A stretch of DNA of 64,000 nucleotides from a virus: positions 1 to 64,000 of IMG/VR virus record IMGVR_UViG_3300042691_007361; one strand, 5' to 3'. Below the pieces are notes generated by a model, which saw only the letters and a program-made list of their open reading frames with translations, was not told the origin of the DNA and ran no database searches. Position numbers and translations under genes: made by a program. Positions 37,251 through 48,775 of this stretch are shown in pieces. How positions within the stretch are numbered: position 1 is the first letter of the stretch; every line of letters starts with the position of its first letter.

Positions 37251-37934
37251 ATGGCTTTAAGCACAACAGATTTAGGAAAAGAAGGTGGTTCAGGACTACC
37301 TAAAACAATTGCACCAGGTAACTTAACACTAAAGATTAATAGTGTAACACTTGAGGAATTCAAATTTATTCCTAATGCGTATCATCTGCTATTGAATGTA
37401 GAAACAGAACCTATTGATGGTTATGAAGGTTTCTTGATTGACAAAGACAATGAATCTCTTGGACGTTATGCAGGTCAAATTGGTAGAGTGAAAGCTAGCC
37501 AATATGCATTTGCTGATGGTAAAACCAAAACAGGTATTGAGGTTCAGAGAGATAGATCAATCTTAATCTTCCTACAGAAACTCTGTAAAACTTTGGGACT
37601 TAATGATTGGTTTGTATCCCAGAATGATAAACATGATACTATTGAAGACTTTGTAGAAGCTTTCAATAAAGACATGGCTTATAAAGATATATATTTTGAT
37701 GCTTGTGTAGCAGGTAAGGAATATGAAGGTAAGTCTGGGTATACCAATTACGATATGTGGTTCCCAAGAGATGGTAAAGGAGTATATGCAATTGCTTCTA
37801 AAGGTGGTGCTGTTCTTTCATATAATGAGACTGAACACCTCAAGAAAATGGAGACTAAAACAGTTACTTCATTTGGAGATGATGATGATTTGGATATTCC
37901 AAAAAGAGCAGCTTCTGACTTCAGCCTAGACTAA
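37251..37934 (+). CDS. Single-stranded DNA-binding protein
   Basis: Follows the Sak4-like gene; acidic C-terminal tail ending DFSLD; terminator at 37944-37969. Confidence 0.6.
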   Translation: MALSTTDLGKEGGSGLPKTIAPGNLTLKINSVTLEEFKFIPNAYHLLLNVETEPIDGYEGFLIDKDNESLGRYAGQIGRVKASQYAFADGKTKTGIEVQRDRSILIFLQKLCKTLGLNDWFVSQNDKHDTIEDFVEAFNKDMAYKDIYFDACVAGKEYEGKSGYTNYDMWFPRDGKGVYAIASKGGAVLSYNETEHLKKMETKTVTSFGDDDDLDIPKRAASDFSLD

Positions 37935-37986
37935 ATAGTTATAGGGGAGTTGGAAACAGCTCCCCTTTTCTATTAAATTTACAGCT

Positions 37987-38964
37987 ATGATTTCAACAAT
38001 TAAATTAATTACATCTATATCAGATGTACCAAGAGAATGGGTATTTGAATATTATCTGAATCTAAAAGAAAAACTTACCGGTCAAGATGTAAAAATGCTA
38101 TCAGCATTTAATTCTAAAGACAAGGTCCCATCAATGTTTGTGTACTTTGATACATTTACAGGAAGATATAAGTTTAAGGATTTCTCATCTGGGCACCAAG
38201 GTAGTCATGTTGATTTGGTTAGGTATATGTATAACCTAGATACATCATCAGCTTTAGGTAAAATAATAGCTGATTATGAAAACTATATCAAAGACAATGG
38301 TAAACGTGAGGAGGTTGAATTAAAGATTCAAGATAGATATAAAGTAGTTGATTATGAAATAAGACACTGGACTAACCTTGATGAGGCATATTGGTCTAAA
38401 TATAAGATTGGATCAAAGTTACTTGAGTATTATAATGTAGCTCCTCTAGAGTTTTTCAAGATGGAGAAAGAAGAAGATGGAGAATTGTTGTCTCACACTT
38501 TTAACCGTAAATATGTTTATGGTTATTTTAGAAAGGACGGTAGTCTTTATAAGATTTATATGCCCAAGATAACAGATAAGAAATTTATTAAGGTTCAAAA
38601 TTATATTCAGGGTAGTGATCAAATAAACTACAAAAACAATAACTTAGTTATTACATCTTCTCTAAAGGACTTAATGTGTTTTGTTAAGCTTGGCTATAAA
38701 CATATTGAAGTTATTGCACCAGACAGTGAGAATAGTATGCTTACTGAGCATACAGTAAAAATGTTAAGGAGTAAGTTTAAGAAGATATGTGTATTGTTTG
38801 ATAATGATACTGCCGGCAAAGCATCAATGCAAAAGTATCAAGATAGATATGGGTTTGAACCAATACTACTTGATATGGAGAAGGATTTATCTGACTCTAT
38901 TGCTATGCATGGTCTGATTAAAGTTAAAGAGAAACTTGATTTATTAATTAAAGACAGATTCTAA
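37987..38964 (+). CDS. DNA primase (TOPRIM)
   Basis: PSM...FKDFS, SSLKD, FDND.AG, KDLSD. Confidence 0.85.
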   Translation: MISTIKLITSISDVPREWVFEYYLNLKEKLTGQDVKMLSAFNSKDKVPSMFVYFDTFTGRYKFKDFSSGHQGSHVDLVRYMYNLDTSSALGKIIADYENYIKDNGKREEVELKIQDRYKVVDYEIRHWTNLDEAYWSKYKIGSKLLEYYNVAPLEFFKMEKEEDGELLSHTFNRKYVYGYFRKDGSLYKIYMPKITDKKFIKVQNYIQGSDQINYKNNNLVITSSLKDLMCFVKLGYKHIEVIAPDSENSMLTEHTVKMLRSKFKKICVLFDNDTAGKASMQKYQDRYGFEPILLDMEKDLSDSIAMHGLIKVKEKLDLLIKDRF

Positions 38965-39380
38965 TGTGGATATACATGGGTAAAGAGTTTACTGAAGCTG
39001 ACATTCCTGAAGAGGCTGTTGGCTTTGTCTATGAAATGATGAGCATCATTGATGGTAAACTTGTTAGATATATAGGAAAGAAAAACTTCTACGCAGATGT
39101 AAAAGTCAAGTTAGGCAAGAAAGCTATGCCTACAGATAAAAGACTTAAGACATACAAGCGTGTACGCAAAACAACTTATCTTAATTACTATAGCAGTAAT
39201 GAGACACTAAAGCAAGCTCATAAAGATAAAATACAAATCAAACGTGAGATACTAATGATATGTTATAGTCCCACTGAACTTACATATCAGGAAGCAAAGT
39301 TGCTGTTTTGCAGAGATGTTCTTGATGATCCTATGTACCTAAACTCTAACATCTTAGGTAGATTTTACAAAACAAAATAG
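38964..39380 (+). CDS. GIY-YIG-like endonuclease
   Basis: GFVY...YIGKK...YYSS...E...YLNSNI. Confidence 0.7.
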   Translation: MWIYMGKEFTEADIPEEAVGFVYEMMSIIDGKLVRYIGKKNFYADVKVKLGKKAMPTDKRLKTYKRVRKTTYLNYYSSNETLKQAHKDKIQIKREILMICYSPTELTYQEAKLLFCRDVLDDPMYLNSNILGRFYKTK

Positions 39381-39382
39381 TT

Positions 39383-39805
39383 ATGACAGAACTAGAAATG
39401 ACAGGCCTTCTCCTTGAGTTGGCTAATGAAGGTATTACTGGAATTAAAGTACATTATGCTGGGAGTGGTGACTCCGGGTCAATTGAAGAAATTGTATATA
39501 CAACAGAAAAATTAAACAGTGAAGATGAGGAAGATGCTTTTACTGAAATAGGTAATATGTATTTATATGGTGAAAATACAGATAGCCTAGAAGTATTAAA
39601 CAGCAGTCTTTATGCTAGACTACAAGATTTTCTTTATCAAAATGTACTTAATGATATAGAAGACTGGTACAATAATGATGGTGGTGATGGATATGTATAT
39701 ATTATGATTCCTTCAGGAAAGTATAAGATTGAGAATACTGTGTATTATACAAGTTCAGAAACTTATATACATGAAGGAGGTTTAATTAATAACACACTTT
39801 ACTAA
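39383..39805 (+). CDS. DUF6878-like protein
   Basis: YAGSGDSGSIE and WYNNDGGDG motifs. Confidence 0.6.
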   Translation: MTELEMTGLLLELANEGITGIKVHYAGSGDSGSIEEIVYTTEKLNSEDEEDAFTEIGNMYLYGENTDSLEVLNSSLYARLQDFLYQNVLNDIEDWYNNDGGDGYVYIMIPSGKYKIENTVYYTSSETYIHEGGLINNTLY

Positions 39806-40152
39806 TGGCACATCCTTGGGATCATGCAAGGTCATCTGCTAAGAAGTTTGGCGGGTCACCAGTAGATTATATTGAAATCCATAATTGGTTTGATGAAACT
39901 AAAAAATGGATTGGGCATAGTAAACATAGAATGTTCCGTCACCATAGTGAAGGAATATTTGAATGTGAGCAAAGATTTGGTATGACTATTACCAACTCTG
40001 ATGGTAAACAAGTTTATGTAAGATATATTGGAGAACAGCATGTAAAAGAGGATTGCTTTGGTTACATACCAAGTGCAAAAGAATGGGTTAAGGCTTTAGA
40101 GTCTGGTAAACCTGAAGAATGGATGATTAGAACATTAAAAATTGAAGACTGA
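39805..40152 (+). CDS. DUF6915-like His-rich protein
   Basis: MAHP..HA.SS.KKFGG, HR..RHHSEGIF, EQHVKED. Confidence 0.7.
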   Translation: MAHPWDHARSSAKKFGGSPVDYIEIHNWFDETKKWIGHSKHRMFRHHSEGIFECEQRFGMTITNSDGKQVYVRYIGEQHVKEDCFGYIPSAKEWVKALESGKPEEWMIRTLKIED

Positions 40153-40558
40153 TGAAAATTGCTAAAACAGAAGTAGAGAACATTATGAATATGCTTGTGT
40201 CAAGTGACACAGACAATGGATATCTAGCTTTTAAAGCTATTGAAGCACATGATTTTGACAGTAAAGAAACATTAGGTTATCTGATTTATTTCTATAAGTT
40301 CTGTAAGTATAATATGAGTGAGTGGAAAGAGCATGCACCAAAAGCACATGAGATATTACAACGTGTGTTTAAAGCGTATAATCTTGAGTCAGCACCAATT
40401 ACTTATTCAAGAGCATTACAACTTATGGTTGAATACAATGTTAGTGTAGATTCAATAGAATTGTTTTTGGAGAGACATGTAAAAGATCTTACTAATAGTT
40501 TGAGTGCTCTTGGTTATCCAACAGATAAGTTAGAGCTTACTATTAAATTAAAAGAGAA

Positions 40559-41797
40559 ATGACTAGAGAAGATAGTCTAGGTAAAGCTAGTAAAGAGTTA
40601 ATGTGGAAAGAGCCCTTCTATGGGTTCTTTCTACTTATGCTCAATAAAGTATGGGACAATAGAAGAGTTCCTACTGCCGGTGTAAGTAAGAATGGTATTA
40701 ACTATCAACTTGCTATCAATGAAGACTTCTGGACTGAGTTGAGTGAAGAACACCGGATTGGCTTGTTAAAGCATGAGTTATTGCATATAGCATACTTTCA
40801 TTTGAGTATGCATTTTAATTTCCCTGACAAAAGAATGGCCAATATTGCCATGGACATGGAGATTAACCAATATATTGATAAAGACCTTCTACCTGAAGGT
40901 GGTATTGATATTGCTAATTATACTGAATTAAATTTGGATCCTAAAGCTGGTTGCCGCTATTATTATGAAAAGCTAAAGCAAGCACAGCAACAGAAACAAC
41001 AGAATGGTAGTTCAGGCTGTCCTAACTTTGATAAGTTGTGTGATGCTATGGATCAAGGTCAAGGTACTGTAACTATACAAGTTAGTACAGGACCTAATGG
41101 TGAGATGGAGATTACTATTCCTGAACATGGTACATGGGAAGAGTTTGCTGATTTACCAGAAGCAGAGCAAAAGCTTATTCAGAATCAAATGAATAGACTA
41201 CTTCAGGAAGCTGCGGATCAAACTGAGAAGAAGCGTGGTACTGTTCCTGGGCATATTCAAGATCACTTGATTAAGATAACTCAGCTAGAACCACCAAAGT
41301 TTGATTGGCGTGGACACATACGTAGATTCACAGGTACAAGTACTAAAATCTTTACCAAGAAGATTAGGAGAAAAGAGAATAGAAGATATTCTGAGAATCC
41401 AGGTCTTAAGATAAAGATGAAACAACACATGCTGCTAGCTATTGATACTTCAGGTTCTGTAAGTGACAAAGAAGTAGAAGAGTTTATGTCAGAGATCAAA
41501 CACATTCACAAGTGTGGTGTTGATGTAACTATTATTCAGTGTGATACAACAATCAGATCTATTGAACCATATAATGGTAAAGATGAGCTTAAGATACACG
41601 GAAGAGGTGGGACTGAATTTGATCCCGTCCTAGAGTATTATAATGAGAATCTGCGTAAGTATACCAGCCTAGTGTATTTTACTGATGGTGAGTGCACTGC
41701 TGATGTAAAACCTAAAGCTCCCGTATTATGGGTGCTGTCTGAACAGTCAAGTATGAATAAAAGCCTACCGGGCAAAGTAATTAAGTTAGAACTTTAA
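40559..41797 (+). CDS. DUF2201-type metallopeptidase-vWA protein
   Basis: HELLH, NIAMDMEIN, DTSGS, GRGGT, FTDG. Confidence 0.85.
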   Translation: MTREDSLGKASKELMWKEPFYGFFLLMLNKVWDNRRVPTAGVSKNGINYQLAINEDFWTELSEEHRIGLLKHELLHIAYFHLSMHFNFPDKRMANIAMDMEINQYIDKDLLPEGGIDIANYTELNLDPKAGCRYYYEKLKQAQQQKQQNGSSGCPNFDKLCDAMDQGQGTVTIQVSTGPNGEMEITIPEHGTWEEFADLPEAEQKLIQNQMNRLLQEAADQTEKKRGTVPGHIQDHLIKITQLEPPKFDWRGHIRRFTGTSTKIFTKKIRRKENRRYSENPGLKIKMKQHMLLAIDTSGSVSDKEVEEFMSEIKHIHKCGVDVTIIQCDTTIRSIEPYNGKDELKIHGRGGTEFDPVLEYYNENLRKYTSLVYFTDGECTADVKPKAPVLWVLSEQSSMNKSLPGKVIKLEL

Positions 41798-41808
41798 AAA
41801 TTAAACAA

Positions 41809-42984
41809 ATGGCACAAGTACAATTAAACATTAATGAATTAAAAGATTTCTTAGGACACATGGTTAGCAATAACCAGCATATTCAAGCTCAAGGAAAAGT
41901 TCCTGTAGCTGTAAATATTGAGGGTGACGCAGGTCTTGGTAAGACTTCATCCTTAATGCAGTTAGCTGCTGAAATGAACATGGCAGTAATAAAGCTAAAT
42001 CTATCACAGATAGAGGAGCTTGGTGACTTGGTTGGTTTTCCATTCAAGGAGTTTGAAATGATTAGAGAAGATGGTGCTAAGAGATGGGTTCAAGAAAGTT
42101 TAATGGACACATATCTTAAGAATAAGTTCAGACCTTCTGGAGAAAGTAGAATGTCACATGCTGCTCCTGAATGGATTCAGGGACAACAAGAAGGTGGCTT
42201 CTTGATTCTTGATGACTATACTCGCGCAGATTCAAGATTTATGCAAGCTACTATGGAATTGATTGACCGTCAAGAATATATCTCTTGGAAGCTACCAAAG
42301 AACTGGCATATTGTATTGACTACTAACCCAGACAATGGTGAGTATAACGTAACTTCTCTTGACATAGCTCAGAAGACTCGTTTTATTTCTGTTGAAGTAA
42401 AGTTTGATTCTAGTGTATGGGCTAAATGGGCAGAGAAATCTAACATTGATGGCAGATGTATTAACTTCATGTTGATGCACCCAGAGGTGGTAACTCGTTC
42501 TGTCAATCCAAGAGCAATTACTACATTCTTTAATTCTATCAGTTCTATTGAGAAGTTTGAAGAGCAGTTACCATTGATTCAAATGATTGGTGAAGGTTCT
42601 GTTGGAGCAGAGACATCTACTATGTTCACTATGTTTATCAATAACAAGATGGACAAGATTATCTCTCCTCAAGATATCATGACTAATGCTAATGAAGCTT
42701 ATGTAGTTGGTGCATTGAATTCTGCTGTAGGTCAAGGAGACTCATTTAGAGCAGATATATCTAGTGTAATTGCAACTCGTATTGTTAACTACTCACTTAC
42801 CCATGCTGAGAATCACTCTGTAAGTGATGCAATGGTGAATCGTTTAGTTAAACTTACTACAGACTGCGATGCCTTTACTGATGATCTTAGATACTACATG
42901 GTAAAGGAGATTGTAAATGGGAATAAGAGTAAATTTGCAAAACTGATGATGAACAGTTCTGTAGTCAAAATGGCGGTTAAGTAA
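41809..42984 (+). CDS. MoxR-like AAA+ ATPase
   Basis: GDAGLGKT, LILDDYTRA, TTNP; partner of the vWA gene. Confidence 0.8.
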   Translation: MAQVQLNINELKDFLGHMVSNNQHIQAQGKVPVAVNIEGDAGLGKTSSLMQLAAEMNMAVIKLNLSQIEELGDLVGFPFKEFEMIREDGAKRWVQESLMDTYLKNKFRPSGESRMSHAAPEWIQGQQEGGFLILDDYTRADSRFMQATMELIDRQEYISWKLPKNWHIVLTTNPDNGEYNVTSLDIAQKTRFISVEVKFDSSVWAKWAEKSNIDGRCINFMLMHPEVVTRSVNPRAITTFFNSISSIEKFEEQLPLIQMIGEGSVGAETSTMFTMFINNKMDKIISPQDIMTNANEAYVVGALNSAVGQGDSFRADISSVIATRIVNYSLTHAENHSVSDAMVNRLVKLTTDCDAFTDDLRYYMVKEIVNGNKSKFAKLMMNSSVVKMAVK

Positions 42985-43077
42985 GTCATTGTAACATCAT
43001 TTCCCCATAAAAGGAAAATAAATTAGATTAAGTCAAATATAAGGCGGTGTAAAAGCCGCCTTACTTAATTAACACAC

Positions 43078-44223
43078 ATGAAAGATTATTTAGTAATAAA
43101 AGTTTGGGATAGCGGAAGTTATCATATGACAGATCAGTTATCAAATTTACATATAGAAATATCTATTGATGTTCTAACAGGTGCATTTGATATGGATGCA
43201 TTAAGCTTTAATATAAAGCACACGTACACTCCTGTACAAGGTGATAAGTTTTATTTCTTACCAGGAGTTACTGTACCTAGAGTAAAGCTAAAAGACCTAA
43301 ATGCAACATACAAGATCAGATCTGTAAGAGATATAAACGAAGCAAATGTATTTTTTATAGGTAGTAAAACTAATGATGTTTTTACTGACTATAGTTGGGA
43401 GCATAAAGTTGAAACTGAAAAGCTAAAAGAGTTTATTGTAGCAGCTCACACAAAGGGTCATATTGACCATTATTATTATCAGAAGTTTCTTGATGCGGTT
43501 GAATTTTATACTAATGAAGAAATCATTATTGATTATGGTACAAAAAGACTGTTATTTGATAAAGATTTAGGTTTTCATATAAGTGACAGCAATTTCTTTG
43601 GTAGTGATAAGTTTATTAAACTATCTCCAGAACAAAAGGAGTTATATGAACAAATTAAAGACAAAGAATTATATTCAGAGGAATCCATCTATGAGTATAT
43701 TAATGGTCCAGATGCTGTAACAATTGATCAGAATATGTTTGAGATACTCGGTGACATGTTTAAAAGTTCAGATACGGATAATCATGTATTAGCCATGGAG
43801 ATTATGGCTAACTCTGATTACAAGTCTAGCATCCTCTATCTATGTTTTCTTTTACATGACTACCACCCTACAATAGAAAACAGAAGAGAGCGTACTCATG
43901 TTAACTTCAAGTCTCTCCTAATGTATATGGGTAGAACTACAGGTAATGTACATCTTGATAAGGATCAGATGGTAGACTTAATGATTAACAAGAAGCTTTT
44001 AACTAAAGAGTATTTCTTTGAGATGTGCAATAAGTTTAAAGGTGAGATAGATACTTATAGCAGTACCCATTTCAAAATAAAAACCGTATCTTCAAGCAAA
44101 GTAGTTGATGAGTATTTGAATGAAGAACTCATAGTACAAATCAAAGAAGATTACACTTCAGTAAAAGAAATAGCTAACATATCACAAGATGAGTTTAAAA
44201 ACACAGAACTTGACATTATCTGA
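43078..44223 (+). CDS. Hypothetical protein
   Basis: 381 aa; DTDNHVLAMEI motif also seen in 32078-32515 and 40152-40562. Confidence 0.6.
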   Translation: MKDYLVIKVWDSGSYHMTDQLSNLHIEISIDVLTGAFDMDALSFNIKHTYTPVQGDKFYFLPGVTVPRVKLKDLNATYKIRSVRDINEANVFFIGSKTNDVFTDYSWEHKVETEKLKEFIVAAHTKGHIDHYYYQKFLDAVEFYTNEEIIIDYGTKRLLFDKDLGFHISDSNFFGSDKFIKLSPEQKELYEQIKDKELYSEESIYEYINGPDAVTIDQNMFEILGDMFKSSDTDNHVLAMEIMANSDYKSSILYLCFLLHDYHPTIENRRERTHVNFKSLLMYMGRTTGNVHLDKDQMVDLMINKKLLTKEYFFEMCNKFKGEIDTYSSTHFKIKTVSSSKVVDEYLNEELIVQIKEDYTSVKEIANISQDEFKNTELDII

Positions 44224-45211
44224 AGAACTTGAAAGATTTTACTCTGAAAAGTTCTATTTTAGTTACTCAAGTATCAATAAACTTTTGTTCTCTCCAAGAC
44301 TGTTCTACAGTCACTATATTCTAAACCAGAAAGAAGATAGTACAGATGCCCACCTCATAGTAGGTCGGGCACTGCACTGTCTTTTATTGGAACCGGATAA
44401 GTTTGATGAGGAGTTTGTAATGGTACCAAAGATTCCTACAGATAGTAACAGGGTTATTATTGATCATATCTTTAAGACCCACTATGAACCAATGAATAAT
44501 GATGCATTGTCACTAGAAGATTTCCCTAATGAGTTGCTGGGGCAAATGGTAGTGAACAATTTGTATCAAAGTCTCAAGACAGATCCGCAGAGACTTGAAA
44601 AATTACTTACTGATAATAACAAAGAGTATTTTAACTTTTTGAAAATCAGAGAAGGTAAAACCGTGATTGATCCTGCTGTGAAGCAGCAAGCTGAATCAGG
44701 ACTTGAAGCACTTAAAGCAAATGACAGGGTTAAAGCTTTACTTCAATTGGAACCAGATAAACCTGTGGGAATCAGTGTGTTTAATGAGCTTATGCTAAAA
44801 ACAGAACTTGAGAAATATCCATTTGGTTTTAAAGGTATACTAGACAATGTAGTCATGGACGAGAACACCAAGACACTATTTATCAATGACTTAAAAACAA
44901 CCAACAAATCTATTCAAACCTTCCCTGAATCCGTAGCTTATTATAGATATGATATTCAGGCAACAATGTATGTTGGGCTTGCCTATGAGAAGTTTCTCAA
45001 AGATAGGCCTGATGCTAATGAATGGACAGTTGTGTTCACATTCATTGTGATTGATAAGCACAACCAAGTGTATCCATTCCAGGTATCAAAAGAAACGCTA
45101 GTAAATTGGGAAGAAGAATTTTCTTATGTAGTACAGCAGATAGACTATCACTATCTGAATAGAGATTTTACTCTACCTTATACACTAGCTATTGGTAATG
45201 TAACACTGTAA
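44189..45211 (+). CDS. PD-(D/E)XK exonuclease (RecE/DUF3799-like)
   Basis: SYSS, GRALH, KGILD...INDLKT, Y..QATMY. Confidence 0.85.
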   Translation: MSLKTQNLTLSEELERFYSEKFYFSYSSINKLLFSPRLFYSHYILNQKEDSTDAHLIVGRALHCLLLEPDKFDEEFVMVPKIPTDSNRVIIDHIFKTHYEPMNNDALSLEDFPNELLGQMVVNNLYQSLKTDPQRLEKLLTDNNKEYFNFLKIREGKTVIDPAVKQQAESGLEALKANDRVKALLQLEPDKPVGISVFNELMLKTELEKYPFGFKGILDNVVMDENTKTLFINDLKTTNKSIQTFPESVAYYRYDIQATMYVGLAYEKFLKDRPDANEWTVVFTFIVIDKHNQVYPFQVSKETLVNWEEEFSYVVQQIDYHYLNRDFTLPYTLAIGNVTL

Positions 45212-45217
45212 ATTTTT

Positions 45218-46602
45218 ATGGCAATAGACGCGCTTTATAAGGATTATTTTCAAAAGTCTAGGGTCTTTATGTATCCACTCCTAGGCATTCGCAGGGGTGC
45301 AAGTGTAATACCGGAGATAACCTATATAGGTTGGGAAGGTAACCTAACACCCGAGGATACAAAGCTGATTACTATTTATCCTAAGAGGACAGACAAAGAA
45401 TATCAGAACTTTGAGAAACATGTTTTAATTAACCATTCTCGTGCTTCTGACTTTGTTGAGCTTAATGATGAACAGCTTCTGATTACATTTGATTTTTCTG
45501 ATATGAAAAAAGATTGGGACCATTTTGTTAATGGTAGATACAGTCAAATGGACATAAAAATAAAGCGCAAAATCCGTGATTTCTTTGATAGAAACAGTGC
45601 AAATTATGTATATATAGATAGTTATTTATTTCCTGAGAAGTATTTTACTCTCTATGCAGATTTGCTAAATGTCAAAGAAGACTTGTTAAAAGAAGTTGGT
45701 GAACTATGTAGTAAACCAGACCTAGAACGTGAGACTTTAGTCGCAAGTATAATCAATTTGGAAAACAAGAAAATTCTAGGTTAATTTGTAAAACAATTTA
45801 AAACCAACATTATGAGTAATTCAATTGGAGGCAATATGCTTCTTATCAAATCAGTTTGGAATGAGGGAGAAACATTCAAACTTCTTCCACTTTCACTTGA
45901 CTGTCCTTACATTGAGGGAATTTATGATCCAGGAGCTAAAGTTCTTGTGATGATTAGTCGTGTATCCATGAGTAAGCTTCATATGCTTCCTAAGTTAGAT
46001 GACAATGGTGACCCAGCTCCACTGAAAGTAAAAAGAGCTAATGGAAGAACAGTAAAAGAAGAGAGAAAAACTGTTGAAACTTTTCAAGAATTCTATATTG
46101 ACAATGATGAAGCTATAGCATCTGTTATAGATATCTTTGCAATGAATAAGGATTTTGATTACAAGAAGTACATTACTAAGTAATAACCTGTCAACCTAGA
46201 CCAGTTGGGGCGGATGAGAGTCTGCCCCTTCTTGTCTAAAATATTTAGCTTATGTATATATCAGAAAGAAAATACAAGAATGCTCTTGCTGTAATTAATC
46301 AGTATAAAGCTCAACAAAAAGAGCTTGAGAAAAACAAAGTAAAAGAAAGCGGAATAACATTAGCTACTACACTTAAAGAACTTAAAGATAACAATCTTAT
46401 ATCCCCTAAGTTGTACCGTACTTTAGAAGAAATCTATAAATGGGATTATGCATACTCAATAAATGATACTCCTCTTGAGCCATATATTGGTTTCTTTATA
46501 GAGACTAAATATGAAGATATATCTAAATGGCGTGGAATAGGTAAGACTATGAGAGATGAATTTGTATCACTAATGGCTGCCGCTGGGCATGAAGTAGTAT
46601 GA
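45218..46602 (+). CDS. Three hypothetical genes (45218-45784, 45812-46183, 46252-46602)
   Basis: Coherent ORFs; the last has an HhH-like WRGIGK motif. Confidence 0.55.
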
Positions 46603-48773
46603 GACAACATTATGTAATGGATTATGAAACACTCTCCAACTGCTTTGTTGCTGTGTTTCAAGGAGTTAAGTCAGATGACTATGAAGTATTTGTAGTACAT
46701 GATTTACAGAATGATATTGATAGACTAATTAGTTTTCTTGAGGATAACATTCTTCTTGATGAATGGCACATATCATTTAATGGTCTTGGGTTTGATAGTC
46801 AGATTACTGAGTATATCCTAAGAACACAAGACCAGCTACGGGAAATGGGTGGATGTGAGATTGCTGAGTGGTTATATGGCAAAGCACAGAACATTATCCA
46901 AAGTCAAGATGAGAATAGGTTCTTAGAATTCAGTCCAAATGATCTGCAGATTAATCAGATTGATGTTTTTAAACTTAATCACTGGGATAATCCTGCTAAA
47001 AGAAGTTCACTAAAGTGGATTCAGTATACAATGGATTGGGCTAACATAGTTGATATGCCTATTCATCATGCTACTGAGATAACAACATTTGAGCAGATAG
47101 AACAGATAATCTATTATTGTAAGAATGATGTTAGCTCCACTAAGAAAATCATGGAGCTTAGTAAGAAACAGATTGAACTCCGCAAGAGTCTAACAGAAGA
47201 GTATAACATTAATTTGTTTAGTGCTTCTGAACCAAGGATATCTAAAGAGCTGTTCTTACATTTCTTGAGTAAGAAGACCGGTATCAAAAAGTTTGACCTG
47301 AAGAACCTGAGAACCAAAAGAGATCAGATTGTAGTTAATGATATTATACTAGACTATGTAAGTTTCAAGACTGCTACATTCCAAAGACTCCTGGCTAAGT
47401 TTAGAGATATTGTTCTAGACCCAAAGGATACAAAAAATGGTTTTAAATACTCTATTCAATATAGAGGAGTTAAAACTGACTTTGGTCTCGGTGGTTTGCA
47501 TGGTGCCTGGTCTAAGAGTAGAATATTTGAATCTAATGAAGAGATGATTATCATGACTTCAGATGTTACATCCTTCTATCCTAACTTGGCTATTAGAAAC
47601 AAATGGTCACCGGCACATATTCCTAAAGAGGAATTCTGTGAGCAGTATGAGTGGTTCTTTGAAGAAAGAAAAAAGATTAGTAAGAAAGACATCAGGAATT
47701 ATGTATACAAGATTATACTCAATTCAACTTATGGTTTGAGTAATGATGAAAACAGTTTCCTGTATGACCCAGAGTTTACTATGCGTATTACTATTAATGG
47801 TCAGTTATCTCTGGCTATGCTGTATGAGATGCTAACTGAGGGTATCCCGGGAGCTATTCCAATCATGCAGAATACTGATGGTCTTGAGACAATGATACCT
47901 AGAGAGTATGAGCAGAAATATTATGACATCTGTAAAGAATGGGAACAGATAACTCAATTACAATTAGAGCATGACAAGTATCAGAGAATGATTATTGGTG
48001 ATGTAAATAATTATATTGCTGTTCATATGCCTAAAGAAGTTGACATAGATACAGCAATGGATATGAGTATGGACAACCCACACTATATTTACAGACGTAC
48101 TCCAGACGGAGTCTATAGTTATCAGGCTGTAAAGTGTAAGGGTAGATTTGAGTTTCATGATCTTGCTCTACATAAGAACAAGAGTTTCTTGGTTATACCA
48201 AAGACTATCTTCTACTATTTTGTACACGGAATTGATCCTAAAGAGTTCCTATCTAAACAGACAAACATATTTGATTTCTGTGGTGGTAAGAAAATCAGAG
48301 GAGATTGGAAATTTATTGAACATCTAGTAGAAAAAACTATTGATCCTAATTATTTGAATTACAGTCTTAAACAAAAAAGAGATTATCTACTATCCAATGG
48401 GTGGGAACAATCTTGGTCGGATGATAACTGGGTAAGAAGTAATTCTACTAATAAAGAAGCTAATACTGGTATAAGTACTGAAGCTGCGTTTAATCTCATT
48501 GTTCCTAAAATAGGTGGTGAGTATAAGGAATGTCCTTTGCAGCATACTATTAGGTATTATATTTCTAACAACGGATCTAAAATTATTAAGCACAATCTAG
48601 TTGATGAAAGGTCAACTCAACTAGAAGCAGGTAAGTGGTTACAAACACTGTTTATTGATTATGTAGAAAAGGACATAAACAATTATGATTTAAACTATGA
48701 TTACTATTTAGAGAAGATTATGAAAGAGATACATAATCTTGAACCCGTCAAAAACCAATTAAGTTTATTTTAA
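46599..48773 (+). CDS. Family B DNA polymerase
   Basis: Exonuclease DYE, FNGLGFD, YCKNDV; polymerase SDVTSFYP, KIILNSTYG, NTDG. Confidence 0.92.
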   Translation: MRQHYVMDYETLSNCFVAVFQGVKSDDYEVFVVHDLQNDIDRLISFLEDNILLDEWHISFNGLGFDSQITEYILRTQDQLREMGGCEIAEWLYGKAQNIIQSQDENRFLEFSPNDLQINQIDVFKLNHWDNPAKRSSLKWIQYTMDWANIVDMPIHHATEITTFEQIEQIIYYCKNDVSSTKKIMELSKKQIELRKSLTEEYNINLFSASEPRISKELFLHFLSKKTGIKKFDLKNLRTKRDQIVVNDIILDYVSFKTATFQRLLAKFRDIVLDPKDTKNGFKYSIQYRGVKTDFGLGGLHGAWSKSRIFESNEEMIIMTSDVTSFYPNLAIRNKWSPAHIPKEEFCEQYEWFFEERKKISKKDIRNYVYKIILNSTYGLSNDENSFLYDPEFTMRITINGQLSLAMLYEMLTEGIPGAIPIMQNTDGLETMIPREYEQKYYDICKEWEQITQLQLEHDKYQRMIIGDVNNYIAVHMPKEVDIDTAMDMSMDNPHYIYRRTPDGVYSYQAVKCKGRFEFHDLALHKNKSFLVIPKTIFYYFVHGIDPKEFLSKQTNIFDFCGGKKIRGDWKFIEHLVEKTIDPNYLNYSLKQKRDYLLSNGWEQSWSDDNWVRSNSTNKEANTGISTEAAFNLIVPKIGGEYKECPLQHTIRYYISNNGSKIIKHNLVDERSTQLEAGKWLQTLFIDYVEKDINNYDLNYDYYLEKIMKEIHNLEPVKNQLSLF

Positions 48774-48775
48774 TT

